Assembly: GCA_051294375.1 (NCBI GenBank)
Contig: CM119270.1
Coordinates: 14,916,046-14,980,045 of the forward strand
DNA from: Paraspadella gotoi
Taxonomy: Eukaryota; Animalia; Chaetognatha
Reading direction: 5' to 3'
Length of the DNA: 64,000 nt
Within the stretch, counting starts at the first letter, position 1; each line of letters opens with the position of its first letter. Made by a program: the position numbers and the translations under genes. Shown piece by piece: positions 1 through 27,712 of the stretch. The notes under the pieces were generated by a model. It had not been told where the DNA came from. It made no database searches and saw nothing but the letters and a program-made list of their open reading frames with translations.

Positions 1-263
1 TTCTGCGCACCTGCATCATGGGCGCGACGTGACGAACGTCCCACATCTTGACGTGACCGAAGGCGTCGCAGGAAGCAATCGTGTCTCCGCGCATATTGAA
101 GGAGGCGTGACTGACAGCGTGGGCGTGGCCGTAGAACGTGTGCGCGCAGAGTCCCGCGCGTGCGTCCCAGAGCGAGACCGTCTTGTCGGCCCAGAATGAG
201 GAGAGAAGTACGTTGGAGAAAGGAAGGAATTGGACGCTGTTCACTGAGTCCGTGTGGCCTGGA

Positions 264-339
<76 letters not shown>

Positions 340-365
340 AGAGAGAGAGATGAGAGAGAGAGAGA

Positions 366-396
<31 letters not shown>

Positions 397-1903
397 GTGA
401 TGATGATGATGATGATGATTGATGATGATGCTGAACGAAAATTAGATATTTTTTACAAAGAATCATTGGTAAGAAAAAAAAGTCAAGGAAGTCATTGTTT
501 TGATGGTTAAAGTACGATTTGCTTTCACAATTAGCCTATAGATAAGTAACTACAAATAAACAAGTTTGAACAAACAATGCCGGATCTGCCCACGATCATT
601 AGCGGTAAGCAGAAGATCAGATAATTAATTAATTAATTAATTAATTAATTAATTAATATTATTTTTTTTTATTCGGTTCAAAATCGTTTAAGACTTTGTC
701 TCGCCTCTCAATCACAAAACAACAATCTCGATCACAAAATTAATTAATTAATTAATTACAAATAGTTAATAATTAATTAATTACTTATTTATTAATAATT
801 AATTAAAGCAGCTTGAATTTACATTTAATATAAAAATAAAAAAGCGTAATCAAATAGTGAAATAGATTGTTTTTTTCCATTTTAACTCATTTCCACTTTG
901 ACGACTCCATCGAGACTTTATTTCCTGCTCAATCACACACTTTCCTACCGACATACCAAATTTGAAGTCAAACGCCCCATTCACTCATGAGTAATTGGCG
1001 TTCAAATAGTGAAATAGATATTTTTTTTCCATTTTAACTCATTTTCACTTGGACGATTCCAGCGAAACTCGATTTCCAGCTCAATCACACACTTTCCTAC
1101 CCACACACAAAATGTCATTCCAATCCATCCATCAAATCACGAGTAATTGGAGATTTTTGCTAAGGTGGGACGGACGGACGGGCGGACGGACGGACAGAAA
1201 GACAGACAGACAGATGGACATCATTTTTTTTGCATAATTTATCATAATTCGATGTTCTGACATGATATAAGCCCCACAAGATTGGGGGGCGGACCGACGG
1301 ACCGACAAAGTGAATTATAAACAAACAATAAAGGTAATCACGAATGAACAGCCCGATGCTTCCTCATAACCAACCTCGCAAAGTCGTCCGGCATCGCTTG
1401 CTCCCGATGTCCCAGACTTTCACGCTGTGATCCAAAGAGCAGGTGGCGACAAATTTGCCACCCGATTGCCAGGTGCAGCCCCACACGGCGCCCTGGTGGC
1501 CGTGGAAAGAGAGCACCTCCGAAGCCGTGTTGGCGTTCCAGATCTTGGGGAAGAGCGATTGAAACAGGTCGGGGAATTTTGGGTGATGTGGATAAATTCA
1601 TGAGAAAATTCCACTACAAAGTTAAATAATTATTTTGCATGAAAACACGAATAACAATTTGCTTTGATGGCCCAATCGTTTTCTAAATTTTTCCGCACCT
1701 TACTTTTTTCCCCTTCCAAGCCCTTACCTTGCAGGATGAGTCTCCACTCGCCGTCGCGATGAGATTTCCATCGGGACTGAACTCGACGGCGGAAACCCAA
1801 TCCTTGTGACCCACTCCGGTAGCGATGGCTTCACCCGATGGCAGTCCCCAGAGCTTCCACTGCAGTTTGAAAGTAAAGAGAAGGAGAGAGAAAGAGAGAA
1901 GAG

Positions 1904-1976
<73 letters not shown>

Positions 1977-4871
1977 ATGTTAAAGAATCACCCAATTAGT
2001 CAACCAACAGCCACAATCCATCCATCCCTCTCGTCCAACTTAAGCGCCCAACCTGATGGTCATCCGAACAAGAAGCCAAAACGTTCTTGGTCGGATGGAT
2101 GGCGACGCCCGAGACGGCGAGATCGTGAGCCTTGATGGTGGACGTGAGACGGAACCCGCCGCCTTTTTTCACGTGACCGCATGGACCCGTGACTCGGCTG
2201 AGGAGGGGATTCACTCGTGTGTCCTTCTCCCAGGGGGAATCGTCGGGTCGGTGAGAGGTCGCGGCTGAAGGAAGATGATGATGATGATAAAGATGATGAC
2301 TAAGATTCTTATTATTGGCAGTTTTTCTTGTTTTTTTGAGAGAAACTGGTTCTTGTAAAAGCAACGATCTCTTGAAAAATGAAAACTCCTTTAAAATTAA
2401 AAGTTATGACAATATTACTATCGCAAGTTAGCAACGACAGAACCTTAGGCTACGTCAACGGCAAAAAGCCAACCCGTAGCGACAATCTCACCGGGAGGTC
2501 CGTTCCATTTGACGGGCGGCTGATTTTTCCTGGCTTCTGAGAGTCGCCGCTGAGTTGGACCGCGACCTAAGGCGTCTGGCGGATCTGAGAGCGAGAAAGG
2601 ACAAAGAGATGAAAAGATCAATTGATTATGTCAACACCAACAATGAAGCAAAAGCGAGAAAAAATTTGATTTAAAAAAAAAAGGCAAATAAAAAGTACTA
2701 TTGACATCGGACGTTTATTTTAAGAAAAAAAATGTTTTAAAGTTAAGAGGAATTTCTTTTTCAAAGACGAACGTGAATATTTAGTGAATGAGCCTTTTAA
2801 TGAAATTGGTACAACCAATATAAAAATTATAAAAATTATAATGTTAAATAAACAAAAAGCTGTAATTGATTAACGAATAAACTGTTCAAAAATTGCTTCC
2901 CATCAGGTTGTTGCGCCAAGCTTAAGTCGGGTTACCCAGTTCCTACCGAGGCAACTGATTGGCAGCCATCTTTCTCCAACGACCGCTTAGAACGGGGGTC
3001 AACGGATTTTTATTTCCCTTACAGACTCATTAAATCCACTTACCGGTCGTCGGCTGCGGTTCTTTGCTCTGCTTCAGCTGCCCGCCGCCGCCTTTACTAG
3101 CCGCATGCATGTTGCGGAGGGTGTGCTGCAGACCCGCCATCTCGCCGAGAACCTGGAAGCAAAATCGCCTTTTAAGTCTTTTTGATAATTCTCAGCCTTG
3201 TTTCTATCGTTGTCATCTTTGATTATACTTTATAAATGTCCGCCTTGATATAGTTTTAATCGTTGTCAGCCTTGACGTCATTTTTTGTTTCGAAAAAATG
3301 GGTAACATTAATGTCGATGACAGTGTCATCGTTATCGTCATCACCTTCTCTCTCTCTATCTGACTCATCATCTTCTCTTTCATCGCCACTTCGTATTTCT
3401 TCTTCATCGATTCGATATGCGGCGTAGATTCAGACATTTGTTTCTGGAAAAGGAAAAGGGGAAAAAACTCTCCGAAAATTTTTATTCTTAATTTTTATGT
3501 ATCTCTGATTTAATCTGTCTTTAATATTCACGGTCTCTTCTCTATTTTTATTTATTTCTTAATTTATTTCCACCTGCATCCTTTGCAAATCGCTGATGAG
3601 CTTCTGCTTCTCTTGCACTACGCGTTTGTGATGCATCCGGTGAAAGTCTCTCTCTTTCCTCAGACGGACGTACGTCTCTTTCGCCTGCATAGTCGCCGTT
3701 TGACATTTTTCCAATTCTCTGACGAGGAGACAAATTGTTAGATGTCATCTTCGAATGCCGCAATCATCTCAAATACCTCAAAAAAACAACCAACCGAAGC
3801 ACAAACTTACTTCAGCAGATGTCGTACGTGATCCTTCAAGTCACTGTTCTGCGCGTAGCAATCCGCAACCGGTTTCAGATCCTCGGGGTTCAGGAGACCT
3901 TTTTGCTGCAGCTCGTACCTTGGAGACAAAACAGAAGATTATTTGGTGATTCGTTAATTACGTGACTTGTGAATGAAAATAAAAGTGAAAATGTGCAAAT
4001 CTCAATGTCATCTCAATATTGAAAATTTCAACTCACAAATCATAATGCCGGCTCACGAATCAAATTGTCATCTTACGAATCAAAATGTCACTTCACGAAT
4101 CGAAATGTTATTTTACAAATCAAAATGTCACCTCACGCATCAAAATGTCATCTTACAAATCAAAATGTCACCTCACGCATCAAAATGTCATCTTACAAGT
4201 CAAAATGTCACCTCACGAATAGAAATGTCATCTCACAACAAATTTTTTTTCGCTAATACGAATGAAATCTGGAGCTAGTCGAAATCATATTTCGTTGTTC
4301 AACATTTCTCACCACTCTGTCTGGAAACAGTCGAGCGTCCTTTTCATCTTCATCCGAACCAAAAAATTGCGGACGAAATCGTCGACCACTTCTGGTCTTT
4401 GGGTGACGCTGCCGGATTCGTGGACGGGCTGTTCGGGCGCAAGAGAAGATCACTGTCGTTCTTGGTTTCAGTTGGCTTTCTTATTGCTTTTGCTGTTGTT
4501 GTTTTACCCTGTTGTTTTTTTGTTGTTTTTTTTCGTTGTTTTTGGTGGTGGTTTTGGTTGTTTTCGCAGTTCGTGTTGTAAGTTATGTCACCGTAATTGA
4601 AGTAGTTGTCACAACTATACTGTTTTTAAAGCTCAAGACTCAGAATAACTTCGTCCCACACCATCCACCTCCTTACCTTCGCCCCCTCCAAAAGGGCGTC
4701 CGCGGCGGCCTCCTTGATCGTCTTGACGGCGACTTCGAGATCTTCCTCCAAGTCATCCTGCAGCAACTCTTCGTCCACGGAGATCGTGCGGATGTCGAAG
4801 TCTTCGTCCGCGTCCGCCTCCAAATCCACTCGCTCCAAGTAGTAGGCGTCGGCGTCGAGGTCGACCGCCAT
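1..4871 (-). CDS. SPAG16: Sperm-associated antigen 16 / PF20 (axonemal central-pair WD40 protein), multi-exon, 3' end outside the window
   Basis: Approx. exons 4871-4677 (MAVDLDADAYYLERVD..), ~4450-4313 (RPEVVDDFVRNFLVRMKMKRTLDCFQTEW), 3918-3811 (YELQQKG), ~3720-3574 (ERDFHRMHHKRVVQEKQKLI), 3444-3346 (MKKKYEVAMKEKMM), ~3152-3043, ~2585-2490, ~2265-2054 (KAHDLAVSGVAIHP..ASCSDD), ~1860-1729 (GHKDWVSAVEFSP), ~1543-1376 (GHQGAVWGCTW..CSLDHSVKVWD), ~258-12 (GHTDSVNSVQFLPFSN). Coiled-coil then WD40 order and motifs match SPAG16/PF20; a few indels disturb frames. Confidence 0.9.
850..1335. mobile_element. Helentron/DINE-like remnant in a SPAG16 intron: two ~152-bp tandem units followed by (GGAC)n/(AGAC)n microsatellite
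   Basis: TCAAATAGTGAAATAGAT..TCAATCACACACTTTCCTACC at ~850-1000 and ~1002-1150; GGACGGACGG/GACAGACAG at 1168-1220; GACCGACAAAGTGAATTATA at ~1300 resembles GACCGACCGAAAATGACTTATAG at ~54260. Confidence 0.4.
4001..4240. repeat. 20-bp minisatellite (CAAAATGTCACCTCACGCAT / CAAAATGTCATCTTACAAAT alternating) in a SPAG16 intron
   Basis: About 12 tandem 20-bp units directly visible, with two alternating variants. Confidence 0.9.
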
Positions 4872-5744
4872 GTCGGCTTTTTCTCTCGGTCTTCGAAGAG
4901 TAAAAGAAAAAACCCGAGAAAACTAAAATTTTAGGAACTCTGGGGTTTTTTTTTTCTTTTAATTTGTTGGGATTCGTTTTATTATTCGTTTCGATCGATT
5001 TTTCGCTTTCTCGTTTTTATTCTATTTTTTTTATTCAATTTTTTTTTAATTTGGCAAGGATTGGCTTTTTTCGTTTTTCCGAAAGTTGAGTTTGTTGTTG
5101 TTTGTTCGTCGACTTTCCTCAATCCAAGTAGCGTTATTTTATGGCGTTTGTTTTATTTTACGTTTCATTAACCTAAATTTCGTCTATAGCTTGAAGAGAA
5201 TTTATCAATATCTTAAAAAATATCAAAATATTGAGAGTATTAGACGAAACTAACGTTTAAAATTCGACAGATTTTTTTTCTGAAAAAAGCTAATCTAACG
5301 TAAGTTTTCGAAATTTTTACGCTTCTTCTAAATAGAGAATCAATTGCGCTTAAAATGATAAAGTTAAAATCATTATGATCTCTGATTGTTGAACCCAGTT
5401 ACCCGGACAACCCAAAAGCAGACGCTTTTTCTCTCTCTCTCTTTTTCTTGTTTTTAAGACTTCGATCCGCCAGCTGCTGATAAACTTCCCAACGCTGCAA
5501 CACCCGCGGTCGCTTTCGCCGCGGCAGACGTTCCGCCTGCTGCAAATGCGAGTGCAGCGGGGCAGCATAGACGCTGCTGACGCCGCTGCTCCGGAGCTCC
5601 ACTCTTTCTCTCTTTCTCTGCTCCTAGGAGGCGAACACCCGGGGCCCTTCAACTCTTTCGTGGAATCGGAGAGACGGTCGATGACCTCGTCGATCGAGGA
5701 TTTGACGTCTCATTCCGTTGACGGGACGCTTGGAGACGTCTGAT

Positions 5745-5830
<86 letters not shown>

Positions 5831-6031
5831 GACAAAAACGGTTGTCTTTCTCTTGATCGACACCAACTTTATAATTTTCGACATCGTCTCCCATTGCATC
5901 GACCCTCGAGCATCTTGTCATTTTTTAACATCGTCGTCGCCTTCTTCGTCTTCCTTCTCGTTCTCCTCGTCAACGCCCCCTCGATGCCGCCTTCCGACGA
6001 CCTCTTCCGCCTTTGATGGAGGATCCTCGGC

Positions 6032-19400
<13,369 letters not shown>

Positions 19401-20522
19401 CTTGAAAAACAAAAGACGTCGAGGATTCTGACGACGACGTAAGAACTCAAAGATTCCCCGCACATTTCTAGGAAATCGGACCCAAATTAGTTTGACGCGA
19501 AAACTCAGCTTTTACCTTCGGATTCACTAATTAGGAATTAAAATGAAGTCGTGTGAAGAAGAGTGCGAATGAATGTGAAAGCGGATCAATTTTGATAGAA
19601 ACAAAATTAATGAAAGTTTTTTAGCAATATTTGATTTTCGGGTTTTATTACTGATGCGGCTTTTATTTACCATAGGCTTAATTTCGACCACCTTATATTA
19701 TTTAATTAATTAATAACAGATTATCCTTTGCCGAAAACTAAAGACATACTTTTGACGGGAATCACAATAATGACTTATCATGGAGTTGAATTATGCATGT
19801 ACCTAAAAAAAAAGGCGTTTGCATTTTCTGTTGTACATCCCGTTATCGATAACTACAGAAGCATTGAAACGAAACTAATAGTGAACCAATTATTAATTTT
19901 GGGCAACTAACAATTCAAATATTATTATATTATATATATAGTCATTTCTAGGTCTCTAGCTGATTCTGATCCACCAAAATAAACTTCATGGTCAATTTTA
20001 TTTCTTATATATTGTAAAAACTACGATTTTTGAAACCCACAGCCCCAATTACACTTTCTGTTGTTGTTGATACGAAATAAAATCGGTTTATTGTTGTTTT
20101 CTTGTTATTAATTCTCATCGCGAATTTAAACTTTCGTGTGATGAAAATATAAAAAAGGAGGGGAAAATTGTAAAGAATTCATTTCCGGGTAAAATATTTT
20201 TTGTGAGATAACAGTCAATAGTGAGGAACATACGTGCAATAAAATCGCATATATTGCGGTTTAGTCTTCCGTATTAAAATAGGATTTTGAAATACAATTT
20301 CCACTTGACAAAATAGTTTATTTTGGGAGCCATTATCGCACGTACAGACGAAAACGAAGAGTTAAAAAAATGATGATCCTGAAATTATTTATTTATTTTT
20401 CGCTAGCGCAAAAAAAAACATAAAAAAACACGGAGTTAAAACAAAAAAGATAGAAAGTTCGGTGAACAAAGTCAAGGACCGGGGCAAAGAGTAAAACTAT
20501 CGTTCACTTCGCGATAAAATCG

Positions 20523-23500
20523 TCACGTGTAAAGAACAGCATTCATGAAGCATTCCCGGTCGATCATGATTTTGCCGCAAAGTCGCACGGAGTGTGTGGA
20601 CATCTTTTCGTCCTGCCGCATGAGGCGCTTCAACTTGGCGACGCACTGGAGGAAGTCTTCGAAGTGGACGCGGCCTTCGCGGTCGCCGTAGCGGAGGACG
20701 AGGATCTGCGGAGGAGGAGGAAGAGGATGTTGAAATGGTGGCGACAAGTAGGAAGTTTCATTACGTTCAAATATTTAAATCGAAAATATTTGCTAATTGC
20801 TACTGAATCCCAATATGGGGATATGATGATGGATTAGTTTGGTAAGCCTCAGGTCAACTTTACCAACGTGTACTACTGTAATAACTACAATAAAATCAAT
20901 CTAATACGATTAAATACTGCGATGCTTCAAAATCTATATTGGCCATACCTTGAAAGTATCCAGGCTAATTTGAAATCCCAGAGATGACAACGCTTTTCGA
21001 AGTTCGAAACCCTCCATGCTCCCTTGCTGTTGACGATCGAATTCGACGAAAATGTCCTAAATTTTCACGCAATCAAATCCACTTTTATCCATGACGACAC
21101 GGTCCAGCTTTGAACCTTTTGATTTGGCCTCAAAAAAGGACAACTTGGGCTCCAACAACCGACCAATGTCTACCCCCATCTCACTTTGGCCTTGAGAACT
21201 GTCGTCCAGAGAAGCGAAAACTGTTCGTAGTCGATCTTCCCCACGAACTCTTCGTCCGCAAGCGCCATCAACGTCTTTGACGTCTCCGCCGAGAATTTCA
21301 TGAACCAAGACTCCTTTTTGAAGGCTTGGTGCAGCACCTCCTGTGAGTGGACGAGACGAAGTATCTAATATAAAATGTCTCCATGTATCATACATACAAC
21401 CATTATAATATTTAGAATTAAGTGAAAAAGCTTGATTTTGTTTCAACAACGATTTTTATTTTTATTTTTATTTTTCGGCTTTATTTCAAGTCTTCAACAG
21501 CGATTGACAATTTGTCAAACGCTGATGAAGGCTTAAAAATCGTGCATTATGGTGGACTAAAATCCACCAACCGTTCATCAACGGCCATGGTGCAGGAAGA
21601 GAGTCATTCGCCTCCCAGCCCAAAGGTTCGCTTAACCAGACAGGCCGACAGACCGACCGAAAAGTGAAGAGTTTGCTCAGTGATCATTGATTATACTTAG
21701 CTCCAACCTTGAGAGCGAAGGCGTCCAGTCTCTCCTCCGGCTCGTCAGCAGCAGAGCGGAACAGACGTCGCAGCTGCGCCTCTCGTCGTCAGCGCGGCGC
21801 GCAGCGTCCTCGTCGCCGTCGACGACATCGTCGCGGGATCGTCGTAAACGTCGTCGTCTTCGTCTTCTTCGTTCTCTGCGATGAGATCGAGGCTGGAATC
21901 AAGAATGTCACGTGACACGCGGCGACGACGGAAACCCGTGTGACGCTTGACGCGACGCTGTCGACTCATTCGGATGTCGTCCACGACTCTGACGGGGAGA
22001 TTTGCACGATAGTTCGCAAAGTCAGATTGCGCTGGGCGCTGTGCCGCCGAGGAAAAGGAAAGAAGAAGTAATCCGATGTCAGATGATACACCATCGACCG
22101 ACCTGACGGAAGTGTCCATGCTTGTCGGCGGAGTTGATGTTCGACGGGCTTCTTGGCGGTGAAGACTCGGAGGATGAAGTTGGCCTCCTCGTTGGGGCGG
22201 AAGGTCGAGGGGATGATCACGTAATCGCCGGGTTTCAGGCGCAGTCGCAGGGAGACCTGGCGAAGCCAAAACGAAATGTTTTAAATTTAATTTGCATATT
22301 ACAGTGATTAAATCAATAATTCTTTCAGAGGATCACTCAGTCTGATTATTACTTGTGATTATTACGAGTGATCAATCACCCGGCTTAAACACTAAAAAAC
22401 TCTTATATGTAACTCGTGATTTAAAATATTTTGGTCAAATAGTTTTATCCCAAGTCTCCTGATTAAACATTCTTATTAGATTTTTTAGATGTCATAGAAA
22501 GTAGCAACTGCTTGTAAATAATACAATTTCTGCAATTGTTGCCAATGTCTTTGTGGTAAAAAAATTAAAAACGAATTCTACGGTTCTTTAGCTTTCTTGT
22601 GCAGCTAAAAGATATTCAGAATTATAATTGCTATATAATAATAATTAGCAATAGTTTGAGTAATTATATATAATAATCTACTCTTCAAACCTCTCTCGAC
22701 TTGCAGAACATCGAGACGGCGTTGGGCGCGTTATCTCGGAACCATTGTTGATCGAACACGCTGTCACGTCGACGCGCGGGGTCTCCTTCGTCGTCGTGGT
22801 CGTCGTCACCGCTGCCGGCGTCGTACAGGGCGAATCCGATGGAATGGAAGGAGAGGCCCTGCTTGAGGTAGCGTCGTCGATCCTTCTGCATCAAAGCGAT
22901 GATGCAGGTGCAGAGGCCTGAGGGTTGAGTTTAAAAAAGAGAATGACATCAGATTTACCGGCAAAATGCGTCATAACAACATCAATCTTAGGCAATAGGC
23001 ATATCCTTAACGCCATGGGCTTGTAACTCGTATTCGAAAGAGGGGCCCTGTAAAAATAAACGTTTTCTCTTTAAATTGACTCCTTTTAAAATTTTTCAAA
23101 TCAACCACACAACATAAGGGCGCATCACAGATCATCGTTCGGTGACCGAAAAACGATCGCTAAGCGTTTCCACCATTTATTTCTCATCGAAATAAAAGAA
23201 AAGAATGCCCAGAGTAAAAGAGTTGGTCGAGTACAACAGTGTACTGTGCCTGGATTCATCTCAACCGAAATAAACTCGCAATTTCGTGAGATTTTCTTGC
23301 ATCACTTTTAAATCTTTGCTTCCAGTTTTTATTTTTATTTACCTCCGTTTATCCACCTTCAAGTCACAACTTAACAACGCATAATTAAAATCAGGGTGTT
23401 AGGCTTTTTTAGCCTTTAAAATTTGAATTTTATCAACTAATGGAAAATACATTAAGATGAAAAAACTTTGTCTTTTATTTTTGTTTTCAGTTTTCTTTCG

Positions 23501-24047
23501 TCGGTGAAAAATTTAAATTTCAACCGGAATCTTTTGAGCGGAAAAATTGTGATTGATTCATGGACGACACTTTGTTTATCCAGGTGACTCAAATTTCACA
23601 AACGATGACGTTGTTTTGTAATTCTTTTTTTAAAAATGAGTTTAATTTAGAGAGTAAACGCTTAAATGTCATTATGCAAATCGAATTAAGGTTTTTATGG
23701 ACTTTTAGCCTGTTTAGGCTAGCATCGGCATTGACAACGTCGTCATCAACTCGCCGTCGTCAACTTAAACATCGTCGTCCCGGATTCGTGGTCAACGTTC
23801 AAAGCCTTCCAACCTTCGGCGCAGTTATCGTCGGGTTCCTCGAGACTGAAGGCGTACTGCGGATTCGTCCAGAACGTGTCGACGAAGTTCTTGCAGCCTC
23901 CGGCGTTGACGTGACGCGTCCACGAACCGTGCTCGTAGAAAACCTCGAACTTGTCGTCGCGGTGATCGTCGTCCTCGTCGTCGTCGGCGTCTTCCTGATA
24001 CGAATCGGTCTCCACGCCTAAAATGATTTCACTCGGATACAAAAATG

Positions 24048-24099
<52 letters not shown>

Positions 24100-24192
24100 A
24101 CACCTAGAGTGACGAGTTCAAGATGGTGAAATGTCTGACAAAATCTTGGCAACTCATCCAACTCATCCCAACTCATCCTCTCTCTCTCTTCT

Positions 24193-24233
<41 letters not shown>

Positions 24234-27200
24234 GCTCTCTCATCTCTCTCTCTCTCTCTCTTTCTCTCACACCTAGAGTGACGAGTTCCAAGATGGTGAA
24301 ATGTCTGACAAAATCTTGGCAACTCATCCAACTCATCCAACTCATACCAAACTCATCCAACTCTCCTCTTGCTTCTCTCTCCTCTCTCTTTCTCTCGTCT
24401 CTCTGCTTTCCTGCTCACACCTAGGAGTGACGAGTTCCAAGATGGTGAAATGTCTGAGAAAATCTTGGAAACTCATCCAAAATTCTCCGTCGTCGCCGAA
24501 CGTGACGTCCAACTCCTTTTTTGTGACCTCGTCGAGGGTTTCCCATTCGGGGCTGAAAATATTGATTGATTGACTGTTTGAGTGACTGAATTTAAGGAAA
24601 TCACAAATCGCTGATGCTCTAAATAAAAGTGTACTGATAGATTTATTGTTTGAGAAAGAACCAATGGAGATTTTGGATAGATCAATATGCATTGATTGTT
24701 TTGATTCATGAAAAAGTATGTATATTTAATGATTGATTCGTTGATTCATTGGCTAAATAATTGATTCATTCATTCATTGAATCATTCATTGATTGATTGA
24801 TTCGTACATCTATAACCCTTTGAATTCACCGATTGATTCATTGATTCATTCAATCATTCCTTCATTGATTCATCATTGATTCAAACGACAAAATCTCTGG
24901 CAAGTGGCCACCTTCCGTCGCTCCAGGCTCCGTTCCACTCGATGTCGTTTCCCCAAACGTTGAGGATTCTCAAGAGATGAAGTTCTTCGCCGTCGTCGTC
25001 CAGCGGCTCCAGAGTCACCATCCCTTTCAAGAAGAAGAAAAGGAAAAAAGGATCCTTTCATTTCAAGTTTTTATTTTTATTTATGTTTTTTCTATTTATC
25101 TTTTATCTTATTGTCGAGTTTTTCCCAGTAAAATAAACATTAGGCCGGTTAAAACCTGAGTTATCAAAATTGGTGCTCTTATTAAGAGGTTAACTGCCAT
25201 TTTAAAACTATTTTTGGTTAAATATATTTCTTTAATGATTCAATGGTAAAATAAAATAAAATAAAATTCACACTTAACTTCATAATGGGATAACTAATTC
25301 AACTCATTATAATCGCTGTGAATTACTCCTACCAATTCATATGTAAATTTGTGACACAAAACCAACGACATCGCATCATCAGTGCCCGTTTAGGTCTGCC
25401 ACCATCTTCTCACACAAATCCCTCGTTCCCACCACCACCCCTATTTTTTTCACCCGTGACGGAGTAGGCGTGGCCCGACAGCAACCCGTTGGGCTGAACG
25501 ACGTCGAGCGTCCCGTCATTGAAGAAGCAGCTCATGGCGGCGCCCTTTTCCCTTGCACGAGTCAGGGTCTGCCAGAGATTCGGCGCCGGGTTTGAGAGAA
25601 GGAAGACTTCGCTGACGCCGCCGGTGAAGTCCTCCATCGCCTCGGAGAAGTTGCCCAGCTTTGATGGAGGAAGGGGGATGAGGGAAAGGGTTGAGAAGAG
25701 AAGTTCAGGAAGAGGTCGTGAAAATATTTAACATAAGTTTATCGGAAGGAATAGCAGTACAGCAATAGTAGAGTTTAGGAATAATAGTACGTTTATGTCC
25801 AACATTGATTTTCACAGTTTACAATTATCGATTTTCGCCTTCAATATGACAATCAATCATTCAATGTTTCACTCTATCGATCAATGAATGACTATTTAAT
25901 AATTAATTATTAAATTATTAAAACAATCAATCAATCCAAGCCTTAAAACCTGCAGCGCCTCGTAACTGCCAAAGAGCTTGGCGTAGGCCTTCTCAAGCAG
26001 AGGGCACCAGAACTCGTTCGAGTCGGGAGATCGAAGGAAGACGAGTTCCCCGTCGATGGTGGGCAGCTTGTCGTCGATCACCACCTGGGTCGAGGGAATT
26101 GATTGAATGATTGATTGATTGATTCATGCATTGATTGATTTATTCATTGATTCATTCATTCATCATTCATTTATTCATTCATTCATCGATCCTTTTATTG
26201 ATTGGTTCATTGATTAATTCTTTCTTTAACTCTTTGTTCTTTTTTTTAGCTCCTATGTATCTTTTCTTCTCAGACCAAAACCCTTTTCTTTTTTTCCTTT
26301 ATCTCCGTCCATCTCGTTCTTTCTCACCTCGATCCAAGCTCCGTATTGCCAGAAGCAAAAGCGAAAAGCTCCGACGTAGTCATCGTCGTTGAAGCTTTGG
26401 TCCGCGGGGATCACCTTTTCGAAAGAGTCCCTGTGAGTTACAAAATACAATATTTAGGGGTAAAAAATGTAAATTAACCATAAAGGTTTTTTTAAAAAGC
26501 ACAATCATTATTACTTGAAAAATTTTTTTTCTGCCAGGGCTGGCGTTTATTTTTTATTTAGTGGCTCGCAAGAATAATTTAAAAATTGACCAGTCAATGA
26601 CCACACCGTTGGCATTGAAGCACGGCTCCTACCTAAGCAAGGTGAGACCAGCGATGGCAGAAAGAAGCCAACAGTCCCCGAGTTCGCCTTGTTGAACGTC
26701 TAGACGTGAGACCCCTGTATGGAAAATGAATAAATATGTACCACTAAGCATATTAAAAAAGTATAAAATACTATGTAGAATGAAAACTAAAAAATGAGAC
26801 TGTATTTTGTCTCCGATTTGGAATTGAAAAAACAGCAGACTTCTCCACACCGAATGACCCAATCATCCCAAATGTTGAGGCTTTAAGTATAAATCCTAAA
26901 ATTCCAGGAGAATCTAAATTTAGAAATGGGTAATTAAAAAAGGGCGTTGGTTTTTTTTGGGACGAAAACCGTCAGTTTTTGATCGAGTGGCTTCTGGTTG
27001 TTTTCTTCAATTTAACAACCTTTGACCCCCCCAGCCTCCTGTACCCCAGATTCGACAGTCTAAAGCCTCCCTTTTTTTTCCAGGCGACAAAATCCCCTTC
27101 CGGTTTGTTTAATTCCTCTTCAACAATTGATCGAGTTATTGTTAGATTTCAAAACTTCACTTAACATATATTTTCATGCATCAGACAACTTCTACCCCAT

Positions 27201-27506
27201 TGGCCTTTAATGAATTTCTCACCACTACGGCCCGGCTAAAGATTTTTAAAAAAATTAAAAGAATTTATGCAAATATTTCGAGAATTTCATTCATAATTTT
27301 CCTTTTGTGAATAATTCATCTCTGTGTTGCGCGTTGGTAAAAAGATAAACTATAGGAAGTGAATTATAGCCAGACACCGTGAAGAACTTCATTGTTTTGA
27401 ATTTTTCAAATTTTTTATCTTTTGACGTGACCTTTTTTTCCTAGGAAGAGCCAGTACTAAAGAATAGAAATAAAATATTAAAGAGTAGAAAACAAAAGGA
27501 AAAGAG

Positions 27507-27581
<75 letters not shown>

Positions 27582-27677
27582 ATCTGGTTAGCAGGGGGTT
27601 TGTTATGACTTGACAGCGGATCGTTTGCCTCCTCCCCTTTCTCTCTCTTCTCTCTCTCTCCTCTCTCTTCTCTCTCT

Positions 27678-27712
<35 letters not shown>

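Noticed and set aside
4001-4240. CRISPR-like look of the minisatellites (also 9720-10002, 53108-53191)
   Set aside because: Head-to-tail units without unique spacers, in eukaryotic introns, no cas genes.
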